Below are positions 17,981 to 27,447 of a stretch of 64,000 nt of DNA, in pieces. The notes below the pieces were generated by a model. It saw only the letters and a list, made by a program, of their open reading frames with translations, made no database searches and had not been told where the DNA came from. A program made the translations under genes and the position numbers. Position 1 is the first letter of the stretch. The number at the start of each line of letters is the position of its first letter. The DNA comes from a virus (lineage: Duplodnaviria; Caudoviricetes), in the IMG/VR virus record IMGVR_UViG_3300032219_001867, positions 28,342-92,341 of that record; one strand, written 5' to 3'.

Positions 17981-20640
17981 TATTTACTTCCCATTCGGTT
18001 AATCATGTCGTCTTGGTCAATGTACTGTTTAATCATTGTGGCAAAACGACGGGCTTCTGATTCACTTGCTTGTGCAACACTTACGTTGATAGTCACGTTG
18101 CTTCCGCCTCCCCTATTACCTCCAGCTTTGGACCTGCGCCAACTAGCGGCTTCGTCCGCGTTGAGGATAGCCTCACCAGCGTGAACGTTTACGGGGCCAT
18201 CTTGAGCAACGTAGGAGTCTCCCGTTTTAGCGCTTGGTGCGCCAGGGAGAGAAATGCTCATACGGTTATTGGTCAGGTTGTTGTTGCCTGAGCTAGTATT
18301 AGAGCCTTTCATAGCGCCCTTTAGGCTGCTAATTTTTGCCCCAAAAGTATCCGAGCCGTTACCCCGGCTTCCACCGGCTCCCATGCCACCCAAAGCAGCG
18401 GGTACTTCTGCCTTTTGCTTAGCGCGTTGGTCAATGATTGAGTCTAAGTCAACTGCTCCAGCGCTCCCGCCCCAGCCACTAGTCTGTGCTTCCGCGCTAC
18501 CGCCAACCATGTTGAATGCGCCACCGATAACCTTCATTGGGTCAATGGGAGCTCCTCCAGCATTTCTAATTTCAAAGTGAAGGTGGGGGCCAGTGGAATC
18601 TCCCGTGGTACCCACAGCGCCAATACGTTCACCTTGTCGTACATTCTGACCCATACGGACTCCAATGCGAGACTGGTGAGCATAAACCGTGGTGTAGCCG
18701 TTGGGGTGCTTAATTCGCGTCACGTTACCGTATGAACCATCCGGGCCACAAGAAATGACTTGGCCCTCAGCAGAAGCAACGATAGGCGAACCTTCAGAAG
18801 CAGCAACGTCGATACCTTTGTGGTAAGACGAAGACGTTGGAGTAGGAGGTGTACGCGGTCCAAAACCATCCGTAATTTTACCTTGAACAGGCATAATGAA
18901 AGTAATGTTGCCTTTTTTATCCGCTGAACCAGTAATACCGTTGGCGTTAATACTGGACGATTGTCCACCCTTAGAGTCTTTTTGAAATATTTGTGCCCAA
19001 ATGTCTGGTTTATCTCCCGGATGAGCTTTAGCCCATTTAGGGTTTTCTTGTAGCCATTTTTTAGTTCCAGCATCAAACCCAAATAAATCCCCGGCCTTTC
19101 CATCTGCCGTGGGCATTCCGAAGCCGCCACCAGTTGAAGCCGCCGCTTGAGTTGTTGACAAATAAGAAGACCAAGAAGCTGCGCTTTTTTCAACACCAAT
19201 GCCTGGGGCAGTAGAGAGTTGTTGCCCAACAGCATCGTTTACCAGCTTTGAACCTACCTGAGTAGCCGCAACAACGGCAACTGTACCAGCCACAGCTGCT
19301 CCAGTAGCAGCCGTACCAGCCACAGCTGCTCCAGTAGCAGCCGCACCACCAGCAGCCCCAGCGCCAATGCCAAACGTACCTAAAAGTGACATGAGGCCAC
19401 CAAAAGCGCCTACTAGTCCGCTGACAACTTCAGTAAGGCCCTCCATAGCCATCTTAAGAGCGCCAATTACTGCGCCACCTTCACGACTACCTGCTACTGT
19501 TTCAATGGCGGCTTTAGCTTCACCAAACTGTTCCGCTAAAATACCCGAAGCATCGGTAAGAGCTTGCATAGCAGGTACGGCTGCTTGCATACCTTTGATG
19601 TACGGCTCTGCCGCTTTATTCATAGCACCGGTCTGCATACCGGTAATCGTCATACCCGATTGATTTGGGTTTACCCCAGCCATCTCAGAAAGCTTTGCCA
19701 TGTCCTCATCACTCGACAAGTCCATGTTATTGCCCTTGGCCTTTTCAACCAAAAATTGACGCATAATTTGTTGCTGGTCTTCTGACAGTCCCAAGCCAGC
19801 CAATGAAGCACCCAAGTTACCTCTACGGAAAGACTCGTTTACTTGGTCGGCGGTGGCGGTTCCTCGACCAGCACTAAGCCGGTCTCCAATCTCACTCATT
19901 ATTTGACCTTGGGTTTTTGCTTTACCCGTTTTTAAATCAGAGGTATAAATGCCCAAATTCTGAAGCATACTACGAGAGGTCGTTCCGCTAGTAAGACCTT
20001 CTACCGCTACAGCAGCTCGGTCATTACTCATGTTTAAGTATTTAGCGGCGTTGCTAACACTTCGCACCGTTTGCATGTAAGTACTACCACGGGTGGAATC
20101 CGTGACCATACCACGGCTGGCAAGAAACTCTCCAACCATTCCATCAGAGCCGACACTGGTCATGCCGCCTTTCATGGCGTTAAAAGTAGCTTGTCTGAGT
20201 CCTTGGCGAGACATACCGCCACCGCCCGATACCGAGGCGTTGTAGAATTGAGCCTCACGGTTAACCGTAGCCTGTACTTCGGGCATCAAGTTAGAAACGC
20301 CCGTAACTGCTGCCATGCCCACTTTGGCAAAGCCGCCAACGGCCCCCAGCGCACCAGCCAGGAGGTTCATGCCGCCTTCCATACGGCTTGCGCCAGTAGA
20401 GGGGTACGACGGAACGGATGCCAAAGACCCGCTCATCATTGTGCCGCCCTGGTTTCCCGTAGGCGACCCAGCTGGAGCACCCGGCATTCGAGGGCCACCA
20501 CCACCGCCTCCACCGCCCTTAGTTTTAGTGGCAGTGGTCAGGCTTTCTAAGGCTTTAGTGTTTCTTTCGGTAGCAGCGATTTCTTTGGCAGCGCTAGTAG
20601 CCATGGTGCGAGCTACACTACTCGCGTCTTTGTCTTCCAT
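17980..20640 (-). CDS. tape measure protein with C-terminal M23 peptidase
   Basis: 886 aa, A/G-rich helical; HKGID...YAH...STGPHLHFEI M23 motif; VHAGEAILN. Confidence 0.85.
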   Translation of the reverse strand: MEDKDASSVARTMATSAAKEIAATERNTKALESLTTATKTKGGGGGGGGPRMPGAPAGSPTGNQGGTMMSGSLASVPSYPSTGASRMEGGMNLLAGALGAVGGFAKVGMAAVTGVSNLMPEVQATVNREAQFYNASVSGGGGMSRQGLRQATFNAMKGGMTSVGSDGMVGEFLASRGMVTDSTRGSTYMQTVRSVSNAAKYLNMSNDRAAVAVEGLTSGTTSRSMLQNLGIYTSDLKTGKAKTQGQIMSEIGDRLSAGRGTATADQVNESFRRGNLGASLAGLGLSEDQQQIMRQFLVEKAKGNNMDLSSDEDMAKLSEMAGVNPNQSGMTITGMQTGAMNKAAEPYIKGMQAAVPAMQALTDASGILAEQFGEAKAAIETVAGSREGGAVIGALKMAMEGLTEVVSGLVGAFGGLMSLLGTFGIGAGAAGGAAATGAAVAGTAATGAAVAGTVAVVAATQVGSKLVNDAVGQQLSTAPGIGVEKSAASWSSYLSTTQAAASTGGGFGMPTADGKAGDLFGFDAGTKKWLQENPKWAKAHPGDKPDIWAQIFQKDSKGGQSSSINANGITGSADKKGNITFIMPVQGKITDGFGPRTPPTPTSSSYHKGIDVAASEGSPIVASAEGQVISCGPDGSYGNVTRIKHPNGYTTVYAHQSRIGVRMGQNVRQGERIGAVGTTGDSTGPHLHFEIRNAGGAPIDPMKVIGGAFNMVGGSAEAQTSGWGGSAGAVDLDSIIDQRAKQKAEVPAALGGMGAGGSRGNGSDTFGAKISSLKGAMKGSNTSSGNNNLTNNRMSISLPGAPSAKTGDSYVAQDGPVNVHAGEAILNADEAASWRRSKAGGNRGGGSNVTINVSVAQASESEARRFATMIKQYIDQDDMINRMGSK

Positions 20641-20641
20641 G

Positions 20642-20800
20642 CTACTCCTTAGCTAAGTTTCCGTACCCCTTAGCTATTTCTAGCCAGTTGTACCGTTCTC
20701 TTACTGAGAGGTCTTTTATCTCAGAAAGAGTCCAACCGTTAAAACTTCTTGTTAGTGCTGTCCACTCCGTAAATAGCTCGGCGTAGGTTTTGGCGCTAAA
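20642..20800 (-). CDS. tail assembly chaperone C-terminal extension (probably reached by +1 frameshift)
   Basis: open frame FSAKTYAELF...GWTLSEIKDLSVRERYNWLE with no in-frame ATG/GTG/TTG; fills the gap to the tape measure. Confidence 0.6.
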   Translation of the reverse strand, partial: FSAKTYAELFTEWTALTRSFNGWTLSEIKDLSVRERYNWLEIAKGYGNLAKE

Positions 20801-21617
20801 ATTGAAACAACCCTCCGAGGCTAATCGGAACCACCACCTCAGTGTTACACTCTGGGCAAGTGACTTTGATGTCCTCAAACTTTGGCCCAGGACTGCGCTG
20901 CGAAATTTCTTCGCCAATCTTTCGACGGTCTAAGATACCCAGACTAAGAATCTGTTCCTTGTTGTAAACAACTTGCCCATCGATTGCAACAACTGTGCTC
21001 TGCAAAAGAATTGAGCCAAGTTCCGACAACGTCTTCTCTGGGTTATTGTTAAGCTCCTTTTGAGTGATTCCAGTAGGAAGCATTACGGTGTACTCGTGCT
21101 TTTTACCTTTTACCGTAAACTCACGGTTTTCCACCGGGTCTACAAGAATCTTTGTTTTAATATCCGAAAGAAGGTCTACGGATACGTCCTTGTAGTCATC
21201 GCAACCACCACAGTAAGCACGAAGCTCAGCGGGGTTTCCAAATGTTACGCGGTAAATTCCAAGAAGAAGAGCCTCACGGTCTCCGGTAAACAAAGAGTCA
21301 AGCATTGATTCCGTTGCTTTTTCTCCACCGATAGAGACCACACCGCGAGAAAGAATCGTACCAAGCATTCTTCCTACCGTAGTGCTCTTGACGATAACCT
21401 CTTCATCCCGTCCAGTAAGCTCACGAACTTCAGCGGTCTTGATAACCTCCCCAGTGGGCGAAATATACCCACCAGGGAGGTCAACGACAGTATCCGAAGG
21501 AAGTTTGATTACTGCTTCTTTTGGGGCGTCTTGTTCTACGTCTACAGCAAGGGCTTCCTGGGCAAGCTTGTTAGCAAGGCCGGGGTTCTTTGCGGCTTCA
21601 ATTGTATTGTTTTCCAT
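20796..21617 (-). CDS. tail assembly chaperone / T4 gp26-like hub assembly protein
   Basis: VRELTGRDEE, GDREALLLGI, two CxxC pairs; lies between tube and tape measure. Confidence 0.7.
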   Translation of the reverse strand: MENNTIEAAKNPGLANKLAQEALAVDVEQDAPKEAVIKLPSDTVVDLPGGYISPTGEVIKTAEVRELTGRDEEVIVKSTTVGRMLGTILSRGVVSIGGEKATESMLDSLFTGDREALLLGIYRVTFGNPAELRAYCGGCDDYKDVSVDLLSDIKTKILVDPVENREFTVKGKKHEYTVMLPTGITQKELNNNPEKTLSELGSILLQSTVVAIDGQVVYNKEQILSLGILDRRKIGEEISQRSPGPKFEDIKVTCPECNTEVVVPISLGGLFQF

Positions 21618-21637
21618 TGTTTATTCCTTATTAATAG

Positions 21638-22246
21638 TTAGTCGAAGTTAGGAGCACCGTTGTTGTAATCGGCAGCCCAGTTGACATCAAAGCCCTCGTG
21701 GACCAGAGTCATCTGCTCAACGAAGATGGCATTGTCACCAGCGTTAAGGTCAGAATACGCGACGGAGGTAATCCACGCGTTGTAAACCTGGAACCGCAGA
21801 GCAACGTGGTCCCCACCCTTGGTTGCGGTTGGGTCATCGGGGTTAGCGCCCGCAATGGGGTGGCTAAGAACCTGAATCTCAACATCGCAACGGAAGTTGG
21901 TGAGAGTGGTGGAGCTTCCCGAAGCCTGAACGGTGCGGAAGAGCTTACGCATCCACTCCCAGTTCTGGTTTGAGCCAAGCGTTACACCACGCTGGAATGA
22001 GATGGGAGCAAACGTCGTCTGACCAGGAATCTGGTGAACCGTCGTGTTATACCCACCTTCACGGTAAGGGATGCTGTCAGTAGTAACTGACAGACCCGAT
22101 ACCGAGGTGAAACCGATAGGAACACCAGAGGTGCTACTGGTCAAATTCAAGTTGTTCGGGTCGAACGGCTTGAAGATGACCAGGAACCTAAAGTTCCTAA
22201 TCGGGTCGGTCGCAAGATTCGACCGGTTGTTAATAATGGTTGCCAT
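21638..22246 (-). CDS. tail tube protein (T4 gp19-like)
   Basis: DPIRNFRF, GFTSVSGL, YREGG, PGQTTF, NAW...DLNA...EQMTLVHEG. Confidence 0.9.
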   Translation of the reverse strand: MATIINNRSNLATDPIRNFRFLVIFKPFDPNNLNLTSSTSGVPIGFTSVSGLSVTTDSIPYREGGYNTTVHQIPGQTTFAPISFQRGVTLGSNQNWEWMRKLFRTVQASGSSTTLTNFRCDVEIQVLSHPIAGANPDDPTATKGGDHVALRFQVYNAWITSVAYSDLNAGDNAIFVEQMTLVHEGFDVNWAADYNNGAPNFD

Positions 22247-22265
22247 TATTTATTTTCTCCTTCGA

Positions 22266-23765
22266 TTACGCCGCAGTCTTTTGACTGAGGGTCAAGACAA
22301 CAAACTCTGCCGGGTACTCAAGGGCCACACCAACTTCGATGTGCACCTCTCCGTTAGCGACCGTATCGGTGCTGTTGTTTTCACGGTCACACTTCACGAA
22401 GAAGGCTTCCGTAGGGCCAGCACCGGCAAGACCACCCTGGTTCAGGTAGCCCGTCAGGAACACGCCGATAGACGTGCGGAGGCGTGCCCACAGGTCTGCG
22501 TCGTTGTTCTCAAACAGAGCAAACTGCGTAAGGCCCTGAAGTTCTTTCTTCAAGTAGATGAGAGAACGACGCATCGAGACGTAACGGTTAGCCGTTCCAT
22601 CCTGCTTCAGAGTACGAGCACCCATAACAACAACACCAGCGCCCGGAATGCTACGAATAGCGTTTACCGGAGTCAGGCTAGAGTTAAGGGTGTCCAGCTC
22701 AGTAGAGGTAAAGACCCGTTCCGTGGCAACTACTCCGCCAAGCGCGGTCCGAAGACCGGCTGGGGCTTTGTAAGGACCAAACTGGCGGTCAGTAGAAAGG
22801 TAGAGACCGGCAACAGCACCAGCAGGACCAACCTTGCGGATGGCAGCTGAATTACGACCAAGAGGGTCAGCCATGAACATGTGGGGGTAGTAAACCGCCG
22901 CGTTACTTGACACGCCATAACTAGCCGCCGCAGTAACCGCGTTAGCAACAGTAACGTTGGCGTCCGTGTCTACAACAGCAAAGCCGTCGTTTGCGTTAGC
23001 CCACGTAACTAGTCCGGTTACTACGGTAGCTGCCGTTCCTGTAGAAAGCGTTGTACGGTAAATCTCAGGCGCAAAGATAACCAAGGGACGCCCTACAGTG
23101 TTAAAGTCCGCCAACGCATCGGTGAAGTTTGTTGCGGTAGGAGCAACGTCTGGCGTAGTAGCTCCTGCAAGCGGAAGAACGGTGCCCAGAGGAACACCGC
23201 TGGCAGCTGCTCCAATAGTCATCGTCAGGTACTGCGAAGAGTTGTTTACGAGAGGGACAATGTAATCAGGTGAGTTGACATCGTTGAACACAACGTTCAG
23301 GTACTGCTCAACAATAATGTCATCCGTGGTTCCTGCATCAGAACCGTTTTCACGGTAGACAACAACGTCGTAGTAAGAGGTTGACCCACGACGGGTAGCC
23401 TCAACGCGAAGTTTGTTGCCATCAGCACCGGGAGTACGAGCGGTAAATGCAGCTACTACGGTAGCCGTGGATGTAACAAGGTTGGCGGTAGCAAAGCTGC
23501 TGCTGTTCAACACACGGCGAACATACAGTTCAGTTCCACCATTCTGGAAGAACATTCCTACACCAAAAGTTGCAGGGTGGGCAATGTCATAGCCGCCAAA
23601 AATACTTGAGAACTCATACCAAGATGAGACGCGAGTAACGGTTATGGGTCCCCGTGAAAACGTACCGACACAAGCACCAGCAGCGCTGGTTGTAGCCGTA
23701 GAGGTAAGTGGCGCGGGGAGAAGACGTTCAGTAATGTAAACGCCCGGACGACCATATGCGGTCAT
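22266..23765 (-). CDS. tail sheath protein
   Basis: RPGVYITE, FFQNGG..LYVRRV, KAPAG, GARTL, RYVSMRR, FENND, PAEFV. Confidence 0.95.
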   Translation of the reverse strand: MTAYGRPGVYITERLLPAPLTSTATTSAAGACVGTFSRGPITVTRVSSWYEFSSIFGGYDIAHPATFGVGMFFQNGGTELYVRRVLNSSSFATANLVTSTATVVAAFTARTPGADGNKLRVEATRRGSTSYYDVVVYRENGSDAGTTDDIIVEQYLNVVFNDVNSPDYIVPLVNNSSQYLTMTIGAAASGVPLGTVLPLAGATTPDVAPTATNFTDALADFNTVGRPLVIFAPEIYRTTLSTGTAATVVTGLVTWANANDGFAVVDTDANVTVANAVTAAASYGVSSNAAVYYPHMFMADPLGRNSAAIRKVGPAGAVAGLYLSTDRQFGPYKAPAGLRTALGGVVATERVFTSTELDTLNSSLTPVNAIRSIPGAGVVVMGARTLKQDGTANRYVSMRRSLIYLKKELQGLTQFALFENNDADLWARLRTSIGVFLTGYLNQGGLAGAGPTEAFFVKCDRENNSTDTVANGEVHIEVGVALEYPAEFVVLTLSQKTAA

Positions 23766-23808
23766 TTTTTCTCCTTAGGGTTGGGTTTATTCTGGGGGTT
23801 CCGAATTG

Positions 23809-24459
23809 TCACGTTATGTTAACTTCCCCATCAAAAACACCGTATTTAAGAGGTTCACCGGGGCGACCAACGATGCTTACGAGAGTGGGGTCTTCCAGAG
23901 TAATGTTCGTAACCTGGTAAAGGTTCTTTAGTGTGCCTAGCGGAACCTCACTGGAGACCCGCACTGTTATAGCGTTTACAAACAAGCGTTTTGCTTGTTC
24001 GGTGATGTCGCGTTTTGCAACATCTTGAACATCTAAACGTCGGATGGTTCCATCATCCAACTCTAGATATCCAAATCTAATAGGAAACTTTGTATACAAA
24101 AGTTGCCCAATAATCATTCGGTCATGGCGAGGGTGCCGTGCATACGTAGTGATTTGATAGTCAATCATTACGGGAATCGGCAAGTGCAATTCCGCGCCGT
24201 CTACGTTAGCGGGAAAGGTTTCTGGCATGAGATAAGACGGGGAGACAATGCCGCGCATTTCGCGCTCTGTGTCACGAGTAATTCCCAGCATGTCAATTGT
24301 GATGTATGGATAAGACTGGTTACGAATTTCCTGGTCAGGCTGTCCAAACCACACACCAACAGTACGTGGCTTACCATCCGCTATTGACTTCTGGTCCTCA
24401 ACCTGCATCCCCTGGAGTTTCTCACGAAGGGCCTTGTCTTCACTAAGCAAGAAAGTCAT
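23809..24459 (-). CDS. tail terminator/neck protein
   Basis: YPYITID...PVMIDYQIT pattern; directly upstream of sheath. Confidence 0.55.
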   Translation of the reverse strand: MTFLLSEDKALREKLQGMQVEDQKSIADGKPRTVGVWFGQPDQEIRNQSYPYITIDMLGITRDTEREMRGIVSPSYLMPETFPANVDGAELHLPIPVMIDYQITTYARHPRHDRMIIGQLLYTKFPIRFGYLELDDGTIRRLDVQDVAKRDITEQAKRLFVNAITVRVSSEVPLGTLKNLYQVTNITLEDPTLVSIVGRPGEPLKYGVFDGEVNIT

Positions 24460-24722
24460 TAGAATCCCCCAAAGCTTTCTTTGCCATACTTGCGAAGAGC
24501 AGCCGTAGGCGGGTGCTCTGGCGAACCGTACTCATGCACCCACGCACGTTCTGCGTAATCTGGGTGGATACGGAAATTGAACTTGTCGCCCTCAAAGTGC
24601 ACTGAGACGTTGTCAGCAACGTCGGCGTCCCACCCGTGCTTTTTGAGATGACTCTTGACCTCATCAGACATGAGGTGTGCAGTCAGGTGCGCTTTAGCAG
24701 TGGCGCGAGCTACTCCTGCCAT
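24459..24722 (-). CDS. hypothetical neck-region protein
   Basis: HEYGS motif; likely start MAGVAR at 24722. Confidence 0.45.
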   Translation of the reverse strand: MAGVARATAKAHLTAHLMSDEVKSHLKKHGWDADVADNVSVHFEGDKFNFRIHPDYAERAWVHEYGSPEHPPTAALRKYGKESFGGF

Positions 24723-24889
24723 TATGACCTGACCATTCCTGAGAGCAAAACGACTGAACCTGGCACGCACGTTTTAGGCATGGCACGTAAACCGAAATCA
24801 ATCATTTCGCAAAATCCCCTAAAAGAGGCGGCAGGTCCAGCAAGCTGGATGAGTATTCGCACGAATACCCACACTTTAAGGATAGAGAA

Positions 24890-24912
24890 ATACCCCGCAC
24901 TTGGCGGGGTAT
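24890..24912 (-). terminator. intrinsic terminator
   Basis: ataccccgc-caagt-gcggggtat hairpin followed by TTCTCT. Confidence 0.6.
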
Positions 24913-24929
24913 ACTCTTTTTACTTAGAA

Positions 24930-25181
24930 CTACTTCTTGCCAGCCTTAATCTTCTTGGCTAGAGCATTGTCCTTCTTAGTGTCTTGCGCCTTGGTGAGCT
25001 TGGTGTTCTTGTCCATCTTGGCGTCCTCTTTGTTGAACTTTGCCTTCTGGGCAGGGGTCATGCCCCTCATCGTCTTGGCATCCTGCTTCTTATCAGCAGA
25101 TGAACCGATATAGGGCTTGTTCTTCTTATCGGCTGCACGCTTCTTACAAGCCGCGCACGTACCACATTTGCACATTGCCAT
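24930..25181 (-). CDS. small Lys-rich protein with N-terminal CxCxxCxxC
   Basis: MAMCKCGTCAACKK..., highly basic. Confidence 0.65.
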   Translation of the reverse strand: MAMCKCGTCAACKKRAADKKNKPYIGSSADKKQDAKTMRGMTPAQKAKFNKEDAKMDKNTKLTKAQDTKKDNALAKKIKAGKK

Positions 25182-25348
25182 TATTTACCTTTTTTCTTGT
25201 TCATCTTGGCAGCAGTAATAACGTCGCCACGGGTGATTTTACTCTTGTCTCCGTACATCGAAGCAAGTTTGGCGTCTTTTCCCTTAGGAGCGGTCTTCTT
25301 TGCACGAGTCTTACAGGTTCCGCACTTACCGCACTTACACATTGCCAT
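25181..25348 (-). CDS. small Lys-rich protein with N-terminal CxCxxCxxC (55 aa)
   Basis: MAMCKCGKCGTCK...KITRGDVITAAKMNKKKGK; TAATG overlaps on both sides. Confidence 0.65.
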   Translation of the reverse strand: MAMCKCGKCGTCKTRAKKTAPKGKDAKLASMYGDKSKITRGDVITAAKMNKKKGK

Positions 25349-25662
25349 TATTTCTTGCCTTTCTTAGCGTCAAGACGCTTGCTCATTGCTGCCGCTTTAC
25401 TCTTGGCGTCAGCTTTACTGGATGCTCCCCATGCCTGAAGTGACAAGAGAAGACGTGTAGGTTCCCCGTTGGGTTTGCGCTCTGGACCAGGCATGTTACC
25501 CATACGAGCCAAGAACGATGCACGACGAGGGTTGTCGCCAGACTTTACTGGGGCTTTAAGGTCAGAGCCGGGGTTAGCCCGTTCGTAGGACTTACGGCCC
25601 TTTTCGTTTAGCCCTCCTTTAGAGTTCTTGCCCTCTTTACGCTGCCACGCCTCACTTGCCAT
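25348..25662 (-). CDS. small basic protein
   Basis: MASEAWQRKEGKNSKGGLNEKGR...RRASFLARM...LSLQAWG. Confidence 0.65.
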   Translation of the reverse strand: MASEAWQRKEGKNSKGGLNEKGRKSYERANPGSDLKAPVKSGDNPRRASFLARMGNMPGPERKPNGEPTRLLLSLQAWGASSKADAKSKAAAMSKRLDAKKGKK

Positions 25663-25822
25663 TTGTTTTTTTCTTCTTTCGTGCAATTGCCATATTATCT
25701 ACCAGATTGGGGTAAGGACGACCAGCGGCAGTGGCGCGAGCTCGTGCTGCTGACTCTTGCTTGGTCGTCAGGTTTTTGTGCTTTTTCTTAGGGTTTGGTT
25801 TATCCCATACTTCTTTTGCCAT
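25652..25822 (-). CDS. small basic protein (56 aa)
   Basis: MAKEVWDKPNPKK...AGRPYPNLVNNM; coupled to neighbours; below the ORF-track cutoff. Confidence 0.6.
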   Translation of the reverse strand: MAKEVWDKPNPKKKHKNLTTKQESAARARATAAGRPYPNLVDNMAIARKKKKTNGK

Positions 25823-26037
25823 TATTTAACTCCGGGGTTCTCTTTGTGGAACTTCTTAGTATCTTTGACGCCCTGTTTGACCGTCTTTGCTCCTGACAAC
25901 TTTGTCAGATTCATGCGCTCTTTTTTACCTGAAGGGCTATTCTGTTCGACAATAATGTCGCCCTTTTTGCCCGTTCCTTTATTAGTTGTTTTTTGGGTAA
26001 CGGTATGCTTTCTACCGCCAGCAGTTACTTTTGCCAT
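25822..26037 (-). CDS. small basic protein
   Basis: 71-aa Lys-rich ORF. Confidence 0.6.
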   Translation of the reverse strand: MAKVTAGGRKHTVTQKTTNKGTGKKGDIIVEQNSPSGKKERMNLTKLSGAKTVKQGVKDTKKFHKENPGVK

Positions 26038-26078
26038 TTACTTCTTGCCTTTACCGCAAGTGCAGTTTCCATCACACA

Positions 26079-26381
26079 TTAGTGCTTCTCCTTATAGTGA
26101 CGGCCTTTACGACCATGGTTCTCTTTAGCTACATTCTTACTATGACTCATCGCCTGTAGGTTGCTAAGCCCGTCATGACCTTTACGACCACCGTTGTCTC
26201 TGTGGTCAACGTCCGTTTTTCGGTCAAGCGTCTCATGGTGGGCATCTTCATAGTCCACACGAGCTTTATTAGAAGACGTGGTTTCCCATTTACCGTTTAC
26301 TTTCTTCTTGTAAACGTAGATAGGACGCCCTCCGTTTTGCTTAGACCCTTTGTAGGGGCCAAAACGTTTGGTCTCAGCCAT
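26079..26381 (-). CDS. HNH-motif protein
   Basis: DVDHRDN...NLQAMSHSKN. Confidence 0.65.
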   Translation of the reverse strand: MAETKRFGPYKGSKQNGGRPIYVYKKKVNGKWETTSSNKARVDYEDAHHETLDRKTDVDHRDNGGRKGHDGLSNLQAMSHSKNVAKENHGRKGRHYKEKH

Positions 26382-26425
26382 TATGTTTTCTCAGTTTTCT
26401 TTAAAAGTTACGACTAAGTAGTCAA

Positions 26426-26818
26426 TTAGTTTTGCGCCATGATTACCCAGTTAGTTCCGTTACTAACTAGAGTTGTCCATTTACCGGCTGTGTTGGCGGA
26501 GAAAAGAGTAGCCGCAGCCGTAGTGGTTGCCAACGGAATTACGTTAGAAGCAGCCGAGGTCACTGCACCTGTATTGATAGTCTTCAAACCCAGCGTTCGA
26601 CCGGGGTATAGTGAAGCTGTTGGCAAAGTCACGGCGATAGCTGAAGCAGAGTTAAACGTAATAAACCGGCTAGTTTGTGGGACGGTAAAAGTTGCTGCTG
26701 TAACTGGGGTAGTGACGTTGGCTACAGCCAAAACAGTCTCTTCATCTAGAAAGTCAAGAGCAGTGTTAAGGGTGGTACCCCATCCCGCTTGACCAATAGT
26801 GGGTTTTACAAGTGGCAT
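26426..26818 (-). CDS. virion decoration/fibre-like protein
   Basis: GWGTTLNTALD; VTLPTA...SNGTNWVI beta-rich tip. Confidence 0.5.
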   Translation of the reverse strand: MPLVKPTIGQAGWGTTLNTALDFLDEETVLAVANVTTPVTAATFTVPQTSRFITFNSASAIAVTLPTASLYPGRTLGLKTINTGAVTSAASNVIPLATTTAAATLFSANTAGKWTTLVSNGTNWVIMAQN

Positions 26819-26820
26819 GA

Positions 26821-27435
26821 TTAATCTCCGTAATTTCCAGAGCCGTATTCTCCGGCTCCATAAGTAGATAGGCGGGACTCGGTTACAGTAGGCAAAGCTT
26901 GAGGCAAGAACTGCGGGTCGTTGACCAGCTCTTCTGGGTTAACCTGGTTGCAGTCAATGGTGACTACGGCGTAACGGTATCCGAACGCTCCGCGTGGGAG
27001 AACTCGGGTGGGAACAAAAACCTGACCTTTATACATGATACGGTCTTTGATGTGCAGGTTGGGGTTATCCATAAGTTGAGGGATAAGCCGTTCAACATCT
27101 CCCACGTTTACAACGAGGCGCAAAGTATCTGACACGTAAAAACCGCGCTCATTCATGACGTTAGTAGAACGAATAAGTTGCGCCATAATGGTTGGCAATT
27201 TAAACGGCTCTGTCCAACGACGCCCGTTGCTCACTCCATTGGTATCGGTGTACCCAGAAACGTCATAAATGTCATCGACAACAAGATGGTAGTTTTCTGT
27301 CAAGTAATCTTCAGACCACTGATACCAGTCAACTTCTTGACCAATAGTTCCACCAAGCTCTTCAGCGATACCTTCGTACATAGACTTAGCTTCGTAGTCA
27401 ATGTCAAAGCGACCTTGTAGTTTAGACCCACGCAT
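26821..27435 (-). CDS. head-tail joining (stopper-like) protein
   Basis: 204 aa, in the neck region, DRIMYKGQVF. Confidence 0.45.
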   Translation of the reverse strand: MRGSKLQGRFDIDYEAKSMYEGIAEELGGTIGQEVDWYQWSEDYLTENYHLVVDDIYDVSGYTDTNGVSNGRRWTEPFKLPTIMAQLIRSTNVMNERGFYVSDTLRLVVNVGDVERLIPQLMDNPNLHIKDRIMYKGQVFVPTRVLPRGAFGYRYAVVTIDCNQVNPEELVNDPQFLPQALPTVTESRLSTYGAGEYGSGNYGD

Positions 27436-27447
27436 AAAGTATCCTTA

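Noticed and set aside
19281-19345. 30-bp tandem repeat in the tape measure
   Set aside because: Encodes an AAATGAAVAG(T) protein repeat, ordinary for tape measures
20801-20917. Independent start for ORF 20642..20917 as in the track
   Set aside because: The upstream part overlaps the chaperone out of frame with no SD; a frameshift explains it better
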